Shown: positions 10,550-20,901 of the stretch, one piece after another
How the letters are laid out: every line of letters begins with the position of its first letter
Position numbering within the stretch: the first letter of the stretch is position 1
Assembly (NCBI GenBank): GCA_964291675.2
Contig: OZ219866.1
Coordinates: 2,112,001-2,176,000, forward strand
Direction: 5' to 3'
Source: Alphaproteobacteria bacterium
Lineage (GTDB): Bacteria; Pseudomonadota; Alphaproteobacteria; MPNO01
DNA: 64,000 nt
Notes under the pieces: model-generated
Database searches by the model: none
The model's input: only the letters and a program-made list of their open reading frames with translations
What the model was told of the DNA's origin: nothing
Position numbers and translations under genes: made by a program

Positions 10550-12562
10550 CCCGACTTCCGCAACTCAACGGTTATGGAGGCTCTAACCCATTGATTCTCT
10601 GTGATCGCACCTCCAAAGGTCGGCACTACAGGGCGCCGAACGGAGAGGCGCGGCGTGGGTTGTCAGGCGGCGATGCGCGGCGCCGGTTGTTGCGGCAGGG
10701 TCATTCCGAGCTGGTGCAGCAGAAGCTCGTGCTGCTTGTTCGGCCGGGTGTGGCGCGGCAGGACGAGGTGGCGGCCGTCGGCGGTCGGCAGGTGGACGTC
10801 GACCATCTGGATGGTGGCGAAGGCCTCGATGATGGCACGCGGGGTCAGGCCGTTGGCGCGGGGGCGGGCGAGGTTCTTCAGCGTCACCAGCAGGCAGTAG
10901 GCGATGAAGGACACGAAGATGTGCGCCTCGATCCGCGCCTCGCGCCGATGGAAGATGGGCCGGATTGCAAGCTCGTGCTTGAGCTCCTTGAAGGCTTGCT
11001 CGATCTCGATGAGCCGCATGTACAGGCGCCACAGCGTGGCCGGGTCTTCGGCCACCATGTTGGAGCGCAACAGGTAGCGGCCCTCGCGGCGGCGGACGCG
11101 GCGCAGCCGGTCGCGCCGCAGGCGGAATGAGAAGCCGTTGGCGGCGAGTTCCTCGTCGGTCTCGGGCAGGCGGATGTCGACCAGGCTCCAGGCCCGGCCC
11201 GCCTCCTTCTTGGCGGCGCCGAGCTTGAGCATCAGCCGGTCCCGGCTGTTGGACTGCCCTTGCAGCTCGGCCAGCCGGCGCCACAGCTTGCCGAGCCGGC
11301 GCCGGCGCATGCCGCGCTCCTTCAAGAGCCGCCCCTCCGAGCGCACCAGGACGTAGAGTTCGCCGTCTTCGACCAGCAGCTTCACGTCCACGGACTGGCG
11401 CACCTCCTGCCAGGGCAGGCCGAGGAATGCCGTCTCGAGCCGCGTCAGCCGGCCCTTGGGCGTGCCCACCAGATAGCGCAGCGGCGCCTCGCCCTCGCGC
11501 ATCGAGGCCAGCGTCTCCTCGCTGGGGATGCCGCGGTCCATGATCCAGATCCGCTCGGAGCGGCCGTATTGACCCTCGATCTTCTCCAGGAACGCCGCCA
11601 GCGTGGCCTGCTCGGCGGTGTTCCCTGGCATCACCTCGTAGGCCAGCGGGAAGCCCTCGGGCGTGACGATCAGCGCGATCACCACCTGTACGCAGTCCGG
11701 GCGCCGGTCCCGGCTGTAGCCGAAGCGGCGCTTGTCCTCGAACGGCGGATCGCTCTCGAAATAGGTCGAGGTCAGATCGTAGAGCAGCACGTCGAAGCGC
11801 GCGTCGAACAACGTCGCCCAGCGGGCGCGCAGGAACGAGAAGAAGTCCTGCTTGTGCGCGACCAGCTTGTCGAGGCAGCGATACAGCGTGTCGTCGGCGA
11901 TCGCCCGGTCGCTGCCCAGAAGATCGCGCAGCGCGCTGTGCTCGTACCAGTGACGGTGAAGACGCCACTCACTGCCAGGGTCGATCAGCCGGTAGCAGAC
12001 CAATATCTTCAGCACGTCCAGCCACCGCGTGCCTTGCCGGCTCGGCGGCAGGCGCGCACCCCAGAAGCGGTCCAGATCCAGGCGCTCCCACAAGGCCAGA
12101 GCGAGCCAGCGCGCCCCCCACTGGCGCGGATCGTGCAGCGACACCTCCGCCACGTCGATCTTGACCACCTCGCAGTCCAGCGCCGGCGCGTCGCGATCCT
12201 CGGGAAACAGAGCCATCTGGCGAGACCCCGACTTGCCCTCCACAACCTCGATGGAGCGGCACCACGCCGCGCGCTGGCTGTCGTTGATCTCGCCGAGATA
12301 GAGAACCTGACGCTGAACGACCCGCCCGCCGCGAACCCGGACGTTCTCCACCACGCTCCAGTAACGGTGCTCCTTACCGTCCTTGAAGCGCCGCTTGCAG
12401 CGCACGAACATCGGCGCAGCGTCCGGCGCTTCGCCGGCCCGATCAAGGGGGTAGGTCGGCACTACACGCGGTTCTCGAGAGCCAAAGCCCGGAAAGCTGC
12501 CACTTCACGCGCCGAAAAAACGTCAAATTAATCGAAACGCGTGCCGAGTTGCGGAAGTCGGG
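10550..12562 (-). mobile_element. IS1634-family insertion sequence (2013 bp), complete
   Basis: Perfect 17-bp IR CCCGACTTCCGCAACTC (10550-10566 / 12546-12562); CTAA direct repeat at 10546-10549 and 12563-12566; subterminal GGTCGGCACTACA at 10618 and 12454. Confidence 0.93.
10663..12411 (-). CDS. IS1634-family DDE transposase
   Basis: MFVRCKRRFKDGKEHRYWSVVE, YDLTSTYFE, IMDRGI, IEQAFKELK, RPIFHR...RIEAHIFVSFIAY. Confidence 0.93.
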   Translation of the reverse strand: MFVRCKRRFKDGKEHRYWSVVENVRVRGGRVVQRQVLYLGEINDSQRAAWCRSIEVVEGKSGSRQMALFPEDRDAPALDCEVVKIDVAEVSLHDPRQWGARWLALALWERLDLDRFWGARLPPSRQGTRWLDVLKILVCYRLIDPGSEWRLHRHWYEHSALRDLLGSDRAIADDTLYRCLDKLVAHKQDFFSFLRARWATLFDARFDVLLYDLTSTYFESDPPFEDKRRFGYSRDRRPDCVQVVIALIVTPEGFPLAYEVMPGNTAEQATLAAFLEKIEGQYGRSERIWIMDRGIPSEETLASMREGEAPLRYLVGTPKGRLTRLETAFLGLPWQEVRQSVDVKLLVEDGELYVLVRSEGRLLKERGMRRRRLGKLWRRLAELQGQSNSRDRLMLKLGAAKKEAGRAWSLVDIRLPETDEELAANGFSFRLRRDRLRRVRRREGRYLLRSNMVAEDPATLWRLYMRLIEIEQAFKELKHELAIRPIFHRREARIEAHIFVSFIAYCLLVTLKNLARPRANGLTPRAIIEAFATIQMVDVHLPTADGRHLVLPRHTRPNKQHELLLHQLGMTLPQQPAPRIAA

Positions 12563-13489
12563 CTAACCGGCCACGCGTACCGTACGAAGGCACTCGTCGT
12601 CAAAATTCGTAAACTCGTCGCTCTCCGACGAGGCATTGCGGTAGAGGGTCTCCATCGGGATGGAGTCCGCTTCGTGCTTCGGGCGTGAGAGATAAAACTG
12701 GGCGTGGGAGTAGCCCTTCGCCTCCTTGCCCGAAGTATCGAAGCCCTTGCTCTCCAGTCGTTCGAGAAACGCCGCTTGCTCCTCCGACGAGGCGAAGCGG
12801 CGCTGCTTGAACGTGCTTCCTTCCACCCTCTCGGTGACATAGCCGGACTCGGCGAGCAGACCTGCGATCGTCTCGAAGGGAAACGTCCGCAGCGCAAAGT
12901 TGGCGAACCATGGCAGCTCATCCTGAATGACCGCGGGCAAGAGGCGCCGGAACGTGGTTTCGGTCACGTAGCCGACGCAGCCGGTGGATATAATCAGGTC
13001 CACCGATTGCAGGTCCGCCGCATTCTCTGCGGGCAACGCCTCGGACTCGAGGTCCAGCGCCAGGCCCCCGTCCAGAAGGCCGACATCCTCGGCATAGGCC
13101 ACCGCGTTTTCCGCAGCGTCCAGCCCCAGCACCCGGATGTCAGCCTGCTGCTCCGCACACGAGAAAAAGCGCGTGTCGTAGGCAAGGACCTCTTCCGACG
13201 AAGCATCTTCCAGTTGCTTCTGGCCCCAATGGGCATACAGCTCCGTCATCGACATGTCATGCTTCAGAAGCGCGGCGTTGACACCATAGGAGCAGCCGAC
13301 ATCGAGGATATCGATGGCTTTGTCTCGGCTCTCCTGCAAGTGGGAAACCAATTCCTGAAAGAGATATTTGGCGACTCCCGGAAGGATGTAATCCAGCCCT
13401 TCCAGCTTACGCAAATACGCGCGTGGATCAGGCTCGTCGTAGATCTGATCCATCGAAACTTTGCCTTTGAAGGTGTGGCTCGATTGCAT
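12563..13489 (-). CDS. Class I SAM-dependent methyltransferase-like protein
   Basis: ILDVGCSYGVNAA motif I, VLGLDAAENAV, DLIISTGCVGY; AAGGAG upstream. Confidence 0.8.
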   Translation of the reverse strand: MQSSHTFKGKVSMDQIYDEPDPRAYLRKLEGLDYILPGVAKYLFQELVSHLQESRDKAIDILDVGCSYGVNAALLKHDMSMTELYAHWGQKQLEDASSEEVLAYDTRFFSCAEQQADIRVLGLDAAENAVAYAEDVGLLDGGLALDLESEALPAENAADLQSVDLIISTGCVGYVTETTFRRLLPAVIQDELPWFANFALRTFPFETIAGLLAESGYVTERVEGSTFKQRRFASSEEQAAFLERLESKGFDTSGKEAKGYSHAQFYLSRPKHEADSIPMETLYRNASSESDEFTNFDDECLRTVRVAG

Positions 13490-13626
13490 TTGGTTTCGCC
13501 TGTCTCCTTTCCGGCTCCGCTCCGGCCGCCATAGCAACGACGGCCAGCAGTGCATTTGCATTCAGGATGGTTGAGAGCGTTCGGTGCCGAAGCGTTCGGC
13601 TCTTGGGATTCCCTCGATCGACGCGG

Positions 13627-15126
13627 CTACGCTGCTATGCGTTCGGCACTCCAGGTGCCGGCATTGTCGAAAATGAGACGGGGATCCTTGTACCGCTCAC
13701 GAATTACTCTTTCGTACAGCTCTCCTTCGCGCGCTCGATCGACCGGCCTGGGTGAGCCGGTAATCTCCGCCAGCACCTGCTCAAGCGCATGGACAGTACC
13801 GCTGCCTTCGTCGAACTGCGCCTTCTTGCGCCAGACCACCTCCGCAGGCAGCAACTCTTCGCAGGCCTTGCGAAGCACCCATTTCTCCGTTGTGTCGCGC
13901 GTGCCCTCGTCGACGACTTTCATCTTGAGAGATGCCGGGATCGATTGAGCGAACTCGATGAGATCGCGATCGAGAAACGGCGTTCTCGCCTCCAGCCCCT
14001 GGGCCATGGTGATACGGTCGACACGTTGAAGGTTGATGTTGTGCATGGCGCCAAGCGAACGTGTGATCTCGTCGGCGAGGGCACGCGGACGTCCGGCATA
14101 GTCGTGGTGGTAGCGATAGCCGGCGAAGAGCTCGTCCGCCCCCTCGCCCGTCAGCACCGCCTTGACGTGTCGCCGCGCAAGCGTGGTGGCGAAGTGGGTC
14201 GGCAGCGCGCTCCGCACGACGTCCACATCCGCGCTCTCCAGATGGTAGACCACATGCGACAAGGCGCCGGCCACATCGCCGGCGTCGAAGACGAGCTCGT
14301 GGTGGTCGGAGCCGATATGGTCGGCGACGAGCCGTGCCGCTTCCAGATCCGGGCTGCCGGACATGCCGACCGAGAAGGTCTTCAGAGGACGGCTGGTGGC
14401 GCCCGATGCGAGCGCAGCGATGATCGACGAATCCAGCCCGCCGGAGAGAAAGCAGCCAACCTCCACGTCGGCGACCATCCATTTTCGGACTGCGGCTTCG
14501 AGCACGATCCGCAGCTCCCGCCATATCGGTTCCGGGTCTTCGTCGGGCAGCGTTTCGGCCGCCCCCTGGGGCATGCGGTGCCATGCCCGGTGCCCGGCGA
14601 CGCTGTCGTACATGACGCCCGGGGCGATTTCTTCGACACCGCTCACGGCGATATCGTCGAAGGCCTTCAACTCCGACGCGAAGACGGTCGCTTCGCCGAG
14701 GCGGGCCTTGTACAGAGGCTTGATGCCGAGCGGATCGCGGGCGGCGATGACGCGTTGTGGGGTGGCGAGAACGAACGCGAACATGCCGTCCAGCCTGGCG
14801 ATCCAGCGCGGCTCGTCGGACTGGAAGAGATGCAGGATCGTCTCGCTGTCGCTATCCGTCTCGAACGCGCCTTCGCCAAGAATCGCGCGCAGATCGGCGT
14901 GGTTGTAGATCTCGCCATTGGCAACGAGAGCATCGTCGTCGCTGTAGATCGGCTGAGTGCCGCTGTCGGGGCCGATGATCGCGAGGCGGCAGTGAGCCAT
15001 CACTGCAGGCACATTGGGGGCGCGCCTGACTTCCAACCCGTCAGGCCCGCGGTGCCCGATCTTCTCGATCATTCGTCGAGCCAGCGCCGGATCGTCAAGC
15101 TGCCACAGGCACACGAGTCCGCACAT
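13627..15126 (-). CDS. Asparagine synthase (glutamine-hydrolysing) family amidotransferase
   Basis: N-terminal MCG (Ntn nucleophile), HRGPD, NGEIYN, RDPLGIKPLY, LSGGLDSS, GEGADELFAGY. Confidence 0.93.
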   Translation of the reverse strand: MCGLVCLWQLDDPALARRMIEKIGHRGPDGLEVRRAPNVPAVMAHCRLAIIGPDSGTQPIYSDDDALVANGEIYNHADLRAILGEGAFETDSDSETILHLFQSDEPRWIARLDGMFAFVLATPQRVIAARDPLGIKPLYKARLGEATVFASELKAFDDIAVSGVEEIAPGVMYDSVAGHRAWHRMPQGAAETLPDEDPEPIWRELRIVLEAAVRKWMVADVEVGCFLSGGLDSSIIAALASGATSRPLKTFSVGMSGSPDLEAARLVADHIGSDHHELVFDAGDVAGALSHVVYHLESADVDVVRSALPTHFATTLARRHVKAVLTGEGADELFAGYRYHHDYAGRPRALADEITRSLGAMHNINLQRVDRITMAQGLEARTPFLDRDLIEFAQSIPASLKMKVVDEGTRDTTEKWVLRKACEELLPAEVVWRKKAQFDEGSGTVHALEQVLAEITGSPRPVDRAREGELYERVIRERYKDPRLIFDNAGTWSAERIAA

Positions 15127-15384
15127 CGATACACCTCTTCACTTGCTGCCGTCTGCACGGCGCACGCCTTTCATGCTTGGAATAAAAGAAAACCGACCTG
15201 CGGAAAAATATTTTGTTTTGTCTACTCCCAGACCGGCGGTTCGCATGTTACACGGTGCGTGGCGACTTGTCAAATCGTGCATAATATGGCGAATCTTAAC
15301 TCGTTCTATTCGCGACAAGTCGATTGTATCGCCTGATTTTGTGCGCGCAGGGGGATCGGTTCGGCGCCTTCACGGTGCCGGGAT

Positions 15385-16105
15385 TTGAGATTGTCGATAT
15401 CCGGGTTCGGGATTGAAGGGTTTCGGCCTCCTGGGGCACGCCGCCCCGGCGCTCAGGGTCCCGAGGCCGCGAGCCGCCCGGCCAGCATGCGGAACAGGGC
15501 GTCGTCGGGGCAGGCCGATGCGAAGTGGATGCAAACGCGCGCGGCCTTCTCGACGACGCGCGCCCCGCCCCCGGATCGGGTCCGGGGCAGGTTCTTGACC
15601 AGTTTCTGTCTGAGGGTGGCGAACTCGGCCCAGTGGAACGGCATCCTGCGCGGCACGGCGTCGCGGAGCGCGAGCATCGGCCAGCAGGCGGCGGTGTGCA
15701 GGACCAGCCGGCTCGTGGTCGGCTGCGAACAGAGATCGCGGCCGCTCTCCGGCGCCCGGCCGACCGCCAGCTTGAACAGCCGATCGCCGCGCCGGCAGCG
15801 TGTGAACCGTCCGCGCCGGATCGCGCCACCCCCGGATGCGGCCGGCCAGCGTCCCGGACAGCCCGAGCCGGCGCTCCGCCGCGCGCAGCAGCACCAGACC
15901 GCCGTCCGACGAGATCGACCCGCCCGCGAAATCGGCGGTCGCCTTCTTGCGTTGTACGGCTGGAAGATCGAACGGGAGAAGACTGTCTTCGGTCATGGCG
16001 CGCGTGCCGCTTTCGTGGCCTCGGCAGACATGCGCTGGACAACGAGCTTCTGCCCGATTCCAACGACTTGGGCCGGCGGAGGTGCTGCTCGACGAAAGTC
16101 ACCTT
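15385..16105 (-). pseudogene. IS1380-family transposase remnant (internally deleted, frameshifted)
   Basis: N-terminal ADFAGGSISSDGGLVLLRAAERRLGL...RDP (from 15996) and C-terminal AEFATLRQKL...GARVVEKAARV (15453-15677) in different frames; catalytic middle missing; boundaries approximate. Confidence 0.82.
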
Positions 16106-16439
16106 TGCGGCCACGAATGCGCCGCCGGACACCTAACGATGTGGGAACGCTGCCGAACATGCATGCCGCAACTACCATCGGCTCCGCCGTATGGAAGCCG
16201 GATTCGTGCTTTCCCTGGCGAAACAGCGTGCACGGCCGGCCCACCGGATAGCGGGTCGGACGAAGACCGTCTGCACGCCTTAACAATTCTTTACCTGCCG
16301 GAAATACGCCGGAAATCGCGCGCTCCCAGGCTGCGCTTCGTTCGGAAGGCTTGCGGTGTGTACGAAATTGCACAGTTGGGTCCGTTCCGAGGATCGGACG
16401 CTTCCGGACACGTTTCCATCTCCCAGAAGGTAAGGCTCC

Positions 16440-17582
16440 GTGAACGACACCAGACGATCGGACAGCAACGCTGCCAACGCGCGCCGCGCCCTCGCCGTTT
16501 CCGGCGCGTTCTACATCCTGATTGCGTTCGAGTTCCTGTACATGGCCTCCCCGTTCGCGGCGTATTTCTACGGCGTCTACGGTCTCGGGCTCGACTGGCT
16601 GCAGGGCTCCCGGACGACCGCCTGGTTGATTCAGTTCTTCATGCCGCATCTGGTCGAGGAAACGACCTCGTTCGCAATCGACATTCACGAAAGCGTCGGC
16701 CAGTTCCTGTTTCTCGGCGGTCTGGCAGCCTTCGCGGTCGGCGCGATCCAGATATATTCCGCCAAGCTCAGAGGCAGGGGCGCGGTCACCGGCGGTCTCT
16801 ACCGCCACATCCGGCATCCCCAGTATCTCGCACTGATCGTCGCCAGCATCGGCATGCTGCTGCTCTGGCCGCGCTATCTGGTCGTCGTGGCCACGGTGAC
16901 CGTGATTTTCGTCTACATCGCGCTGGCGCGGGCCGAAGAGAGCGTTTGCCTGCGCCGCTTCCCCGGATATTCCAGCTATCTGAAGAGCACGGGCATGTTT
17001 CTACCGGCGGCGGTCAGCCCGAAATTCAGGCTGCCGGTCGGGGATAGCGCGGCGGCGCGGTTGGCGGTCTGGGCGCTGGCCTATGCGGCATCGCTGGGCG
17101 TCGCGCTTCTGGTCGCGCTCGGCATCCGGGCCCATGCAATGGATTCGTTCCATGTCCTCACGGAACGGGACGGCGTTTATCTCTCCGTCGTCGCGATTCC
17201 ACAGCGGGAGCTTTCCGAAGTGGCGCGGATCGCGCGCGCGGCGCCGGAAGTCCAGGCGGCGGTCGCGGGAAAGACGCACCTGATCGCCTACGTCCTGCCG
17301 ACCGGTATGTATGTCTCTGAAATCCCGATGCATTTGCCGCCCGGCGCGGGCTATTCCCATCGCGTTCCGGCCGACCGCAATCCCGCCCGCTACAAGGTCG
17401 TCTTCACCCAGGCGGTCTTCAGCCGCGGAGACCCGCCGGACCCGGATGGCATCCTGTGGAACGCCGTCCACAAGACCGCGCTGTGGGAGGTCCATGTCGA
17501 CCTGGGCGCCGGGCAGGTCATCGCCAGCTACCCGCCGCCGGAGAAGCCGTTTTACGGCGACCGGCAGGTACCGCTTTTCTGA
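16440..17582 (+). CDS. ICMT/PEMT-family membrane methyltransferase with a long C-terminal extension
   Basis: TGGLYRHIRHPQY, ARAEE...F.GY motifs; about 150-aa soluble C-terminal region. Confidence 0.75.
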   Translation: MNDTRRSDSNAANARRALAVSGAFYILIAFEFLYMASPFAAYFYGVYGLGLDWLQGSRTTAWLIQFFMPHLVEETTSFAIDIHESVGQFLFLGGLAAFAVGAIQIYSAKLRGRGAVTGGLYRHIRHPQYLALIVASIGMLLLWPRYLVVVATVTVIFVYIALARAEESVCLRRFPGYSSYLKSTGMFLPAAVSPKFRLPVGDSAAARLAVWALAYAASLGVALLVALGIRAHAMDSFHVLTERDGVYLSVVAIPQRELSEVARIARAAPEVQAAVAGKTHLIAYVLPTGMYVSEIPMHLPPGAGYSHRVPADRNPARYKVVFTQAVFSRGDPPDPDGILWNAVHKTALWEVHVDLGAGQVIASYPPPEKPFYGDRQVPLF

Positions 17583-17591
17583 GGACGCACC

Positions 17592-18053
17592 ATGCGCATC
17601 AATCCGCCGACCCTGTTCTGGATCCTGATCTCCGCCGGCCTCGCCGCGGACCGGTTCCTGCCCCTGATGCGCTTCGACGATCCATGGCTTCCGTGGGCCG
17701 GAGGGGCGCTGGTTATCCTGGGCGCGGGCATTTCCGCGGCCGGAAAGCGCCTGTTCCGGCGTGTCGGCACCAACGTCTACACCTTCGAACAGCCGGATCT
17801 GCTTGTCACCGAAGGCATTTGCGGCTTTACCCGGAATCCGATGTATCTGGGCATGATCCTGATCGCAGCGGGCGCCGCGCTGGTCTCGGGAACGCTTTCG
17901 GCCTGTCTGCTGGGCGCGGCCTTCGCTCTTGCCGTCCGGTATTGGTACATCGCTTACGAAGAGGCGGAAATGCGCCGTCGGTTCGGCGACCGGTACGAAG
18001 AATACCGCCGGTGCGTCGGGCGCTGGTTCGGACGGTTCCGGCGCGCCGCATGA
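17592..18053 (+). CDS. Isoprenylcysteine carboxyl methyltransferase-family membrane protein
   Basis: LVTEG..GFTRNPMYLG, EEAEMRRRFGDRYEEY...V.RW. Confidence 0.88.
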   Translation: MRINPPTLFWILISAGLAADRFLPLMRFDDPWLPWAGGALVILGAGISAAGKRLFRRVGTNVYTFEQPDLLVTEGICGFTRNPMYLGMILIAAGAALVSGTLSACLLGAAFALAVRYWYIAYEEAEMRRRFGDRYEEYRRCVGRWFGRFRRAA

Positions 18054-18176
18054 GCGGCTCCGCGCCTTGCAAGCCGGGCCTTGGAGGTAACCGGTCGACG
18101 GGGCTCTTTCTCGGCCTGAACGCGGTTTGCCGAGCTGCGATTCCTTCCTCCGGTCTCCCGTGCTAGTGCTTCCGGC

Positions 18177-18896
18177 ATGGCCCGTCTGTTGATGATCGAA
18201 GACGACCGCGCGCTCGCCGGCCTCGTTCGGGACTATCTCGGCCGCGCCGGGTTGACGCTGGAACACCGCCCCGACGCCCAAACGGGCCTCGCGGCCGCCA
18301 TCCGCGGCGGACATGACGCGATTTTGCTCGACCTGATGCTGCCTGACGGCGACGGACTCGAACTCTGCCGAGCGATCCGTGCCCGCTCCGACGTGCCGAT
18401 CCTGATGCTGACCGCGCGCGGCGAGGACGCGGACCGCATCGTCGGCCTGGAAATCGGCGCCGACGATTACCTGCCCAAACCGTTCAATCCGCGAGAACTG
18501 CTGGCCCGGTTGCGGGCCGTCCTGAGGCGCAGGGCCGGCGGGAACGGGGCAGCATCCGGCGAGGTGTTGCGCTTCGGCAGGCTTACGATCGACCGTGCGG
18601 CACGCCGGGTGCTGGTTGACAGCGAAGAGCGCGTGCTCACCGGACACCAGTTCGACCTCCTGTACGCGCTGGCCGAAAACGCGGGCCGGGTTCTCACGCG
18701 CGAGCAGCTCATGGACCGGGTGCGCGGCCAGGCCCTGGAGGCCTACGACCGAAGCATCGACGTGCACATATCGAGGATCAGGGCCGCGATCGAGGACGAT
18801 CCGGGCAGGCCGCGCCGCATCGTGACCCTGCGGGGTGCAGGCTATCTCTTTACCCGTAACCAAGACCCGGGCGGGCCCGAAGACCGCGGACCGTGA
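18177..18896 (+). CDS. OmpR-family response regulator
   Basis: IEDD, LLDLMLP, MLTARG, GADDYLPKPF, DRSIDVHISRIR, TLRGAGY. Confidence 0.95.
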   Translation: MARLLMIEDDRALAGLVRDYLGRAGLTLEHRPDAQTGLAAAIRGGHDAILLDLMLPDGDGLELCRAIRARSDVPILMLTARGEDADRIVGLEIGADDYLPKPFNPRELLARLRAVLRRRAGGNGAASGEVLRFGRLTIDRAARRVLVDSEERVLTGHQFDLLYALAENAGRVLTREQLMDRVRGQALEAYDRSIDVHISRIRAAIEDDPGRPRRIVTLRGAGYLFTRNQDPGGPEDRGP

Positions 18897-20209
18897 GACG
18901 GCGCCTCTTCCTCCAGGCCTATCTCGCTCTGCTCGGCATCGTTGTCCTGTTCGCGGCGCTTGGCGCCGTTGCATGGTGGCTCACCCACGACGAACCGCCG
19001 GGCGCGGAGTTGCGCCGGAGCGTCGCCGCCCTGCTGGGGGAAGCCCTGCCGCCGCTCGGGGCGCCCCGTGCGCGAACCGATGCGGCCCTGGCCCGTCTGG
19101 GCCGGAATGTCGATGGCCGGATTACGGTCTTCGGGTCGGAGGGCCGGCTGCTCGGCAGTCTCGGAGCACCCCTGCCGGCGCCCGCACGGATGGCGTCGGA
19201 TGGGCGCACGCGGTGGAGCGGGATATTCTCCTTCCGCCTGCCGGATGGACGCACCGTCCGGTTCCTCCCGAACCGCCAGCCCGGCCATACGCCGACCGTC
19301 GGTTTCCTGGCCGCCGTTGTTCTGCTTGCGCTGGCCGTCGCCATCGCCGCCTATCCGCTGGCTCGCAGTCTGACCGGCCGGCTCGAACGTTTGCAGATGC
19401 AGGTCGAAGCGCTCGGCGCCGGCGACCTTGCGGCCCGGATCGAGATCGAGGGAACGGACGAGGTTGCTGCCCTCGCGCGCAGCTTCAACCGAACGGCCGA
19501 CCGCATCGAAGCCCTCGTCGAGGCCCAGCGAGACACTTTGGCGGCGGCATCCCACGAACTGCGCTCGCCGCTGGCGCGCATTCGCGTGGCGGTCGAAATG
19601 CTCGCCGAAAACGGAACCCCCGCACTGCAAGCGCGCGTCGAGCGCGACATCGCCGAGTTGGACGACCTGATCGAAGAGATCCTGCTGGCCAGCCGGCTTG
19701 CCAGCCTCGAGCGGCCCGAGCGAACGGAACGGGTCGATCTTCAGGCCCTCGCAGCAGAAGAGGCCGCCCGCGCCGGTGCCGAGTTTGTCGGGGAGCCGGC
19801 AGCGGTGGAGGGCGAGGGCCGGCTGCTTGCCCGCATGATCCGCAACTTGCTCGACAATGCAGCCCAGCACGCCGCGGGCAGCCCGATCCTGGTGGAACTG
19901 GAGCAGAGCGACGGGCGCGCAATTCTGAGAGTTTCGGATCGGGGCCCGGGAATTCCGGAGGCGGAGAGGGAACGAATTTTCGAGCCGTTTTACCGGCGAC
20001 GGTCAAGACGCCCGGCCGGGCCCAGCTCAGGCGACAGGCCGAGTGCAGAAAGGGGCGCCGGGCTGGGGCTCAGCCTTGTGCGCCGGATCGCCCGGCGTCA
20101 CGGTGGCGAGGCCGTATGCCTGCCTCGCCCGGGCGGCGGTGCATGCTTCGAAGTATGCCTTGCGACGGCACCGACATTGGTGGCGGTGAGCTCGCGTTCC
20201 TCCGGTTGA
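18893..20209 (+). CDS. HAMP-domain sensor histidine kinase
   Basis: Two TM segments, HAMP, SHELRSPL, NLLDNA, DRGPGI, GAGLGL; GTGA overlap. Confidence 0.93.
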   Translation: MRRRLFLQAYLALLGIVVLFAALGAVAWWLTHDEPPGAELRRSVAALLGEALPPLGAPRARTDAALARLGRNVDGRITVFGSEGRLLGSLGAPLPAPARMASDGRTRWSGIFSFRLPDGRTVRFLPNRQPGHTPTVGFLAAVVLLALAVAIAAYPLARSLTGRLERLQMQVEALGAGDLAARIEIEGTDEVAALARSFNRTADRIEALVEAQRDTLAAASHELRSPLARIRVAVEMLAENGTPALQARVERDIAELDDLIEEILLASRLASLERPERTERVDLQALAAEEAARAGAEFVGEPAAVEGEGRLLARMIRNLLDNAAQHAAGSPILVELEQSDGRAILRVSDRGPGIPEAERERIFEPFYRRRSRRPAGPSSGDRPSAERGAGLGLSLVRRIARRHGGEAVCLPRPGGGACFEVCLATAPTLVAVSSRSSG

Positions 20210-20367
20210 CGCGTGCCTGCCTGGAGTTTCGGCGTACGGTTTGCGTGCCGACCCCGCCAGCGCGAACGAGACCGCCGCGGTCATCGGACCGATGAACACG
20301 CCTTGTTCCATTTGATTGTCGTCTCCTGGCGAGAGTGGTCCTGGCTTGTTTCAGAATCGCCGATCGG

Positions 20368-20782
20368 TGTTAACGGCGGCGGAATGATGCTCCACGCGAG
20401 GCGTCCGGGCGGTCCGGTCGCGGCGGCGCAAGAATGCGCCACTCATGGCCTCTTGTCGGTTGTGGCGAGGGGCGGGGATTTGCGGCGTGGAGCTCCATGC
20501 GGCGGTTCGGGATCGACCGTCGGACGGTGAAGAAGATGCTGAGCTATTCGGCGCCGCCGGGCTATCGCCGGTCCAGGCCGGTCAGGCGTCCGAAGCCGGA
20601 GGGTTTCACCGGCATCGTCGACGCGATCCTGGAGGCGGACAGGGCCCCGGAGGTTCCGCGCAAGCAGCGGCACACGGCGCATCGGATCTTCGAGCGGCTG
20701 CGGGACGAGCACGGGTTCGCGGGCGGCTACACGATCGTCAAGGACTGCGTCCGGTCGCAGCGGCAGTCTGTGCGCGAGGTGT
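20368..20782 (+). pseudogene. istA: IS21-family left end and truncated IstA transposase
   Basis: TGTTAACGGCGGCGG end with a repeated GGCGGCG..AAT...CCA motif; RFGIDRRTVKKML...PRKQRHTAHRIFERLRDEHGF.GGYTIVKD. Confidence 0.82.
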
Positions 20783-20784
20783 CA

Positions 20785-20901
20785 ATGGCGGCGCACGCGA
20801 AACCGCGCGGCGCGTCAGCGACCGCATCGCCGCCCTCCCGCAGGAGCAACCGTTCTTCGGCAGCCTCGCGCTCCGCCTGCCGATCCGCCCCGACCCCTCT
20901 G
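20785..20901 (+). pseudogene. Short fragment resembling the N-terminus of DUF2201 (VWA-associated metallopeptidase-like) proteins
   Basis: ETARRVSDRIAAL.QEQPFFGSLALRLPIRPDPS read in the 20445 frame. Confidence 0.4.
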
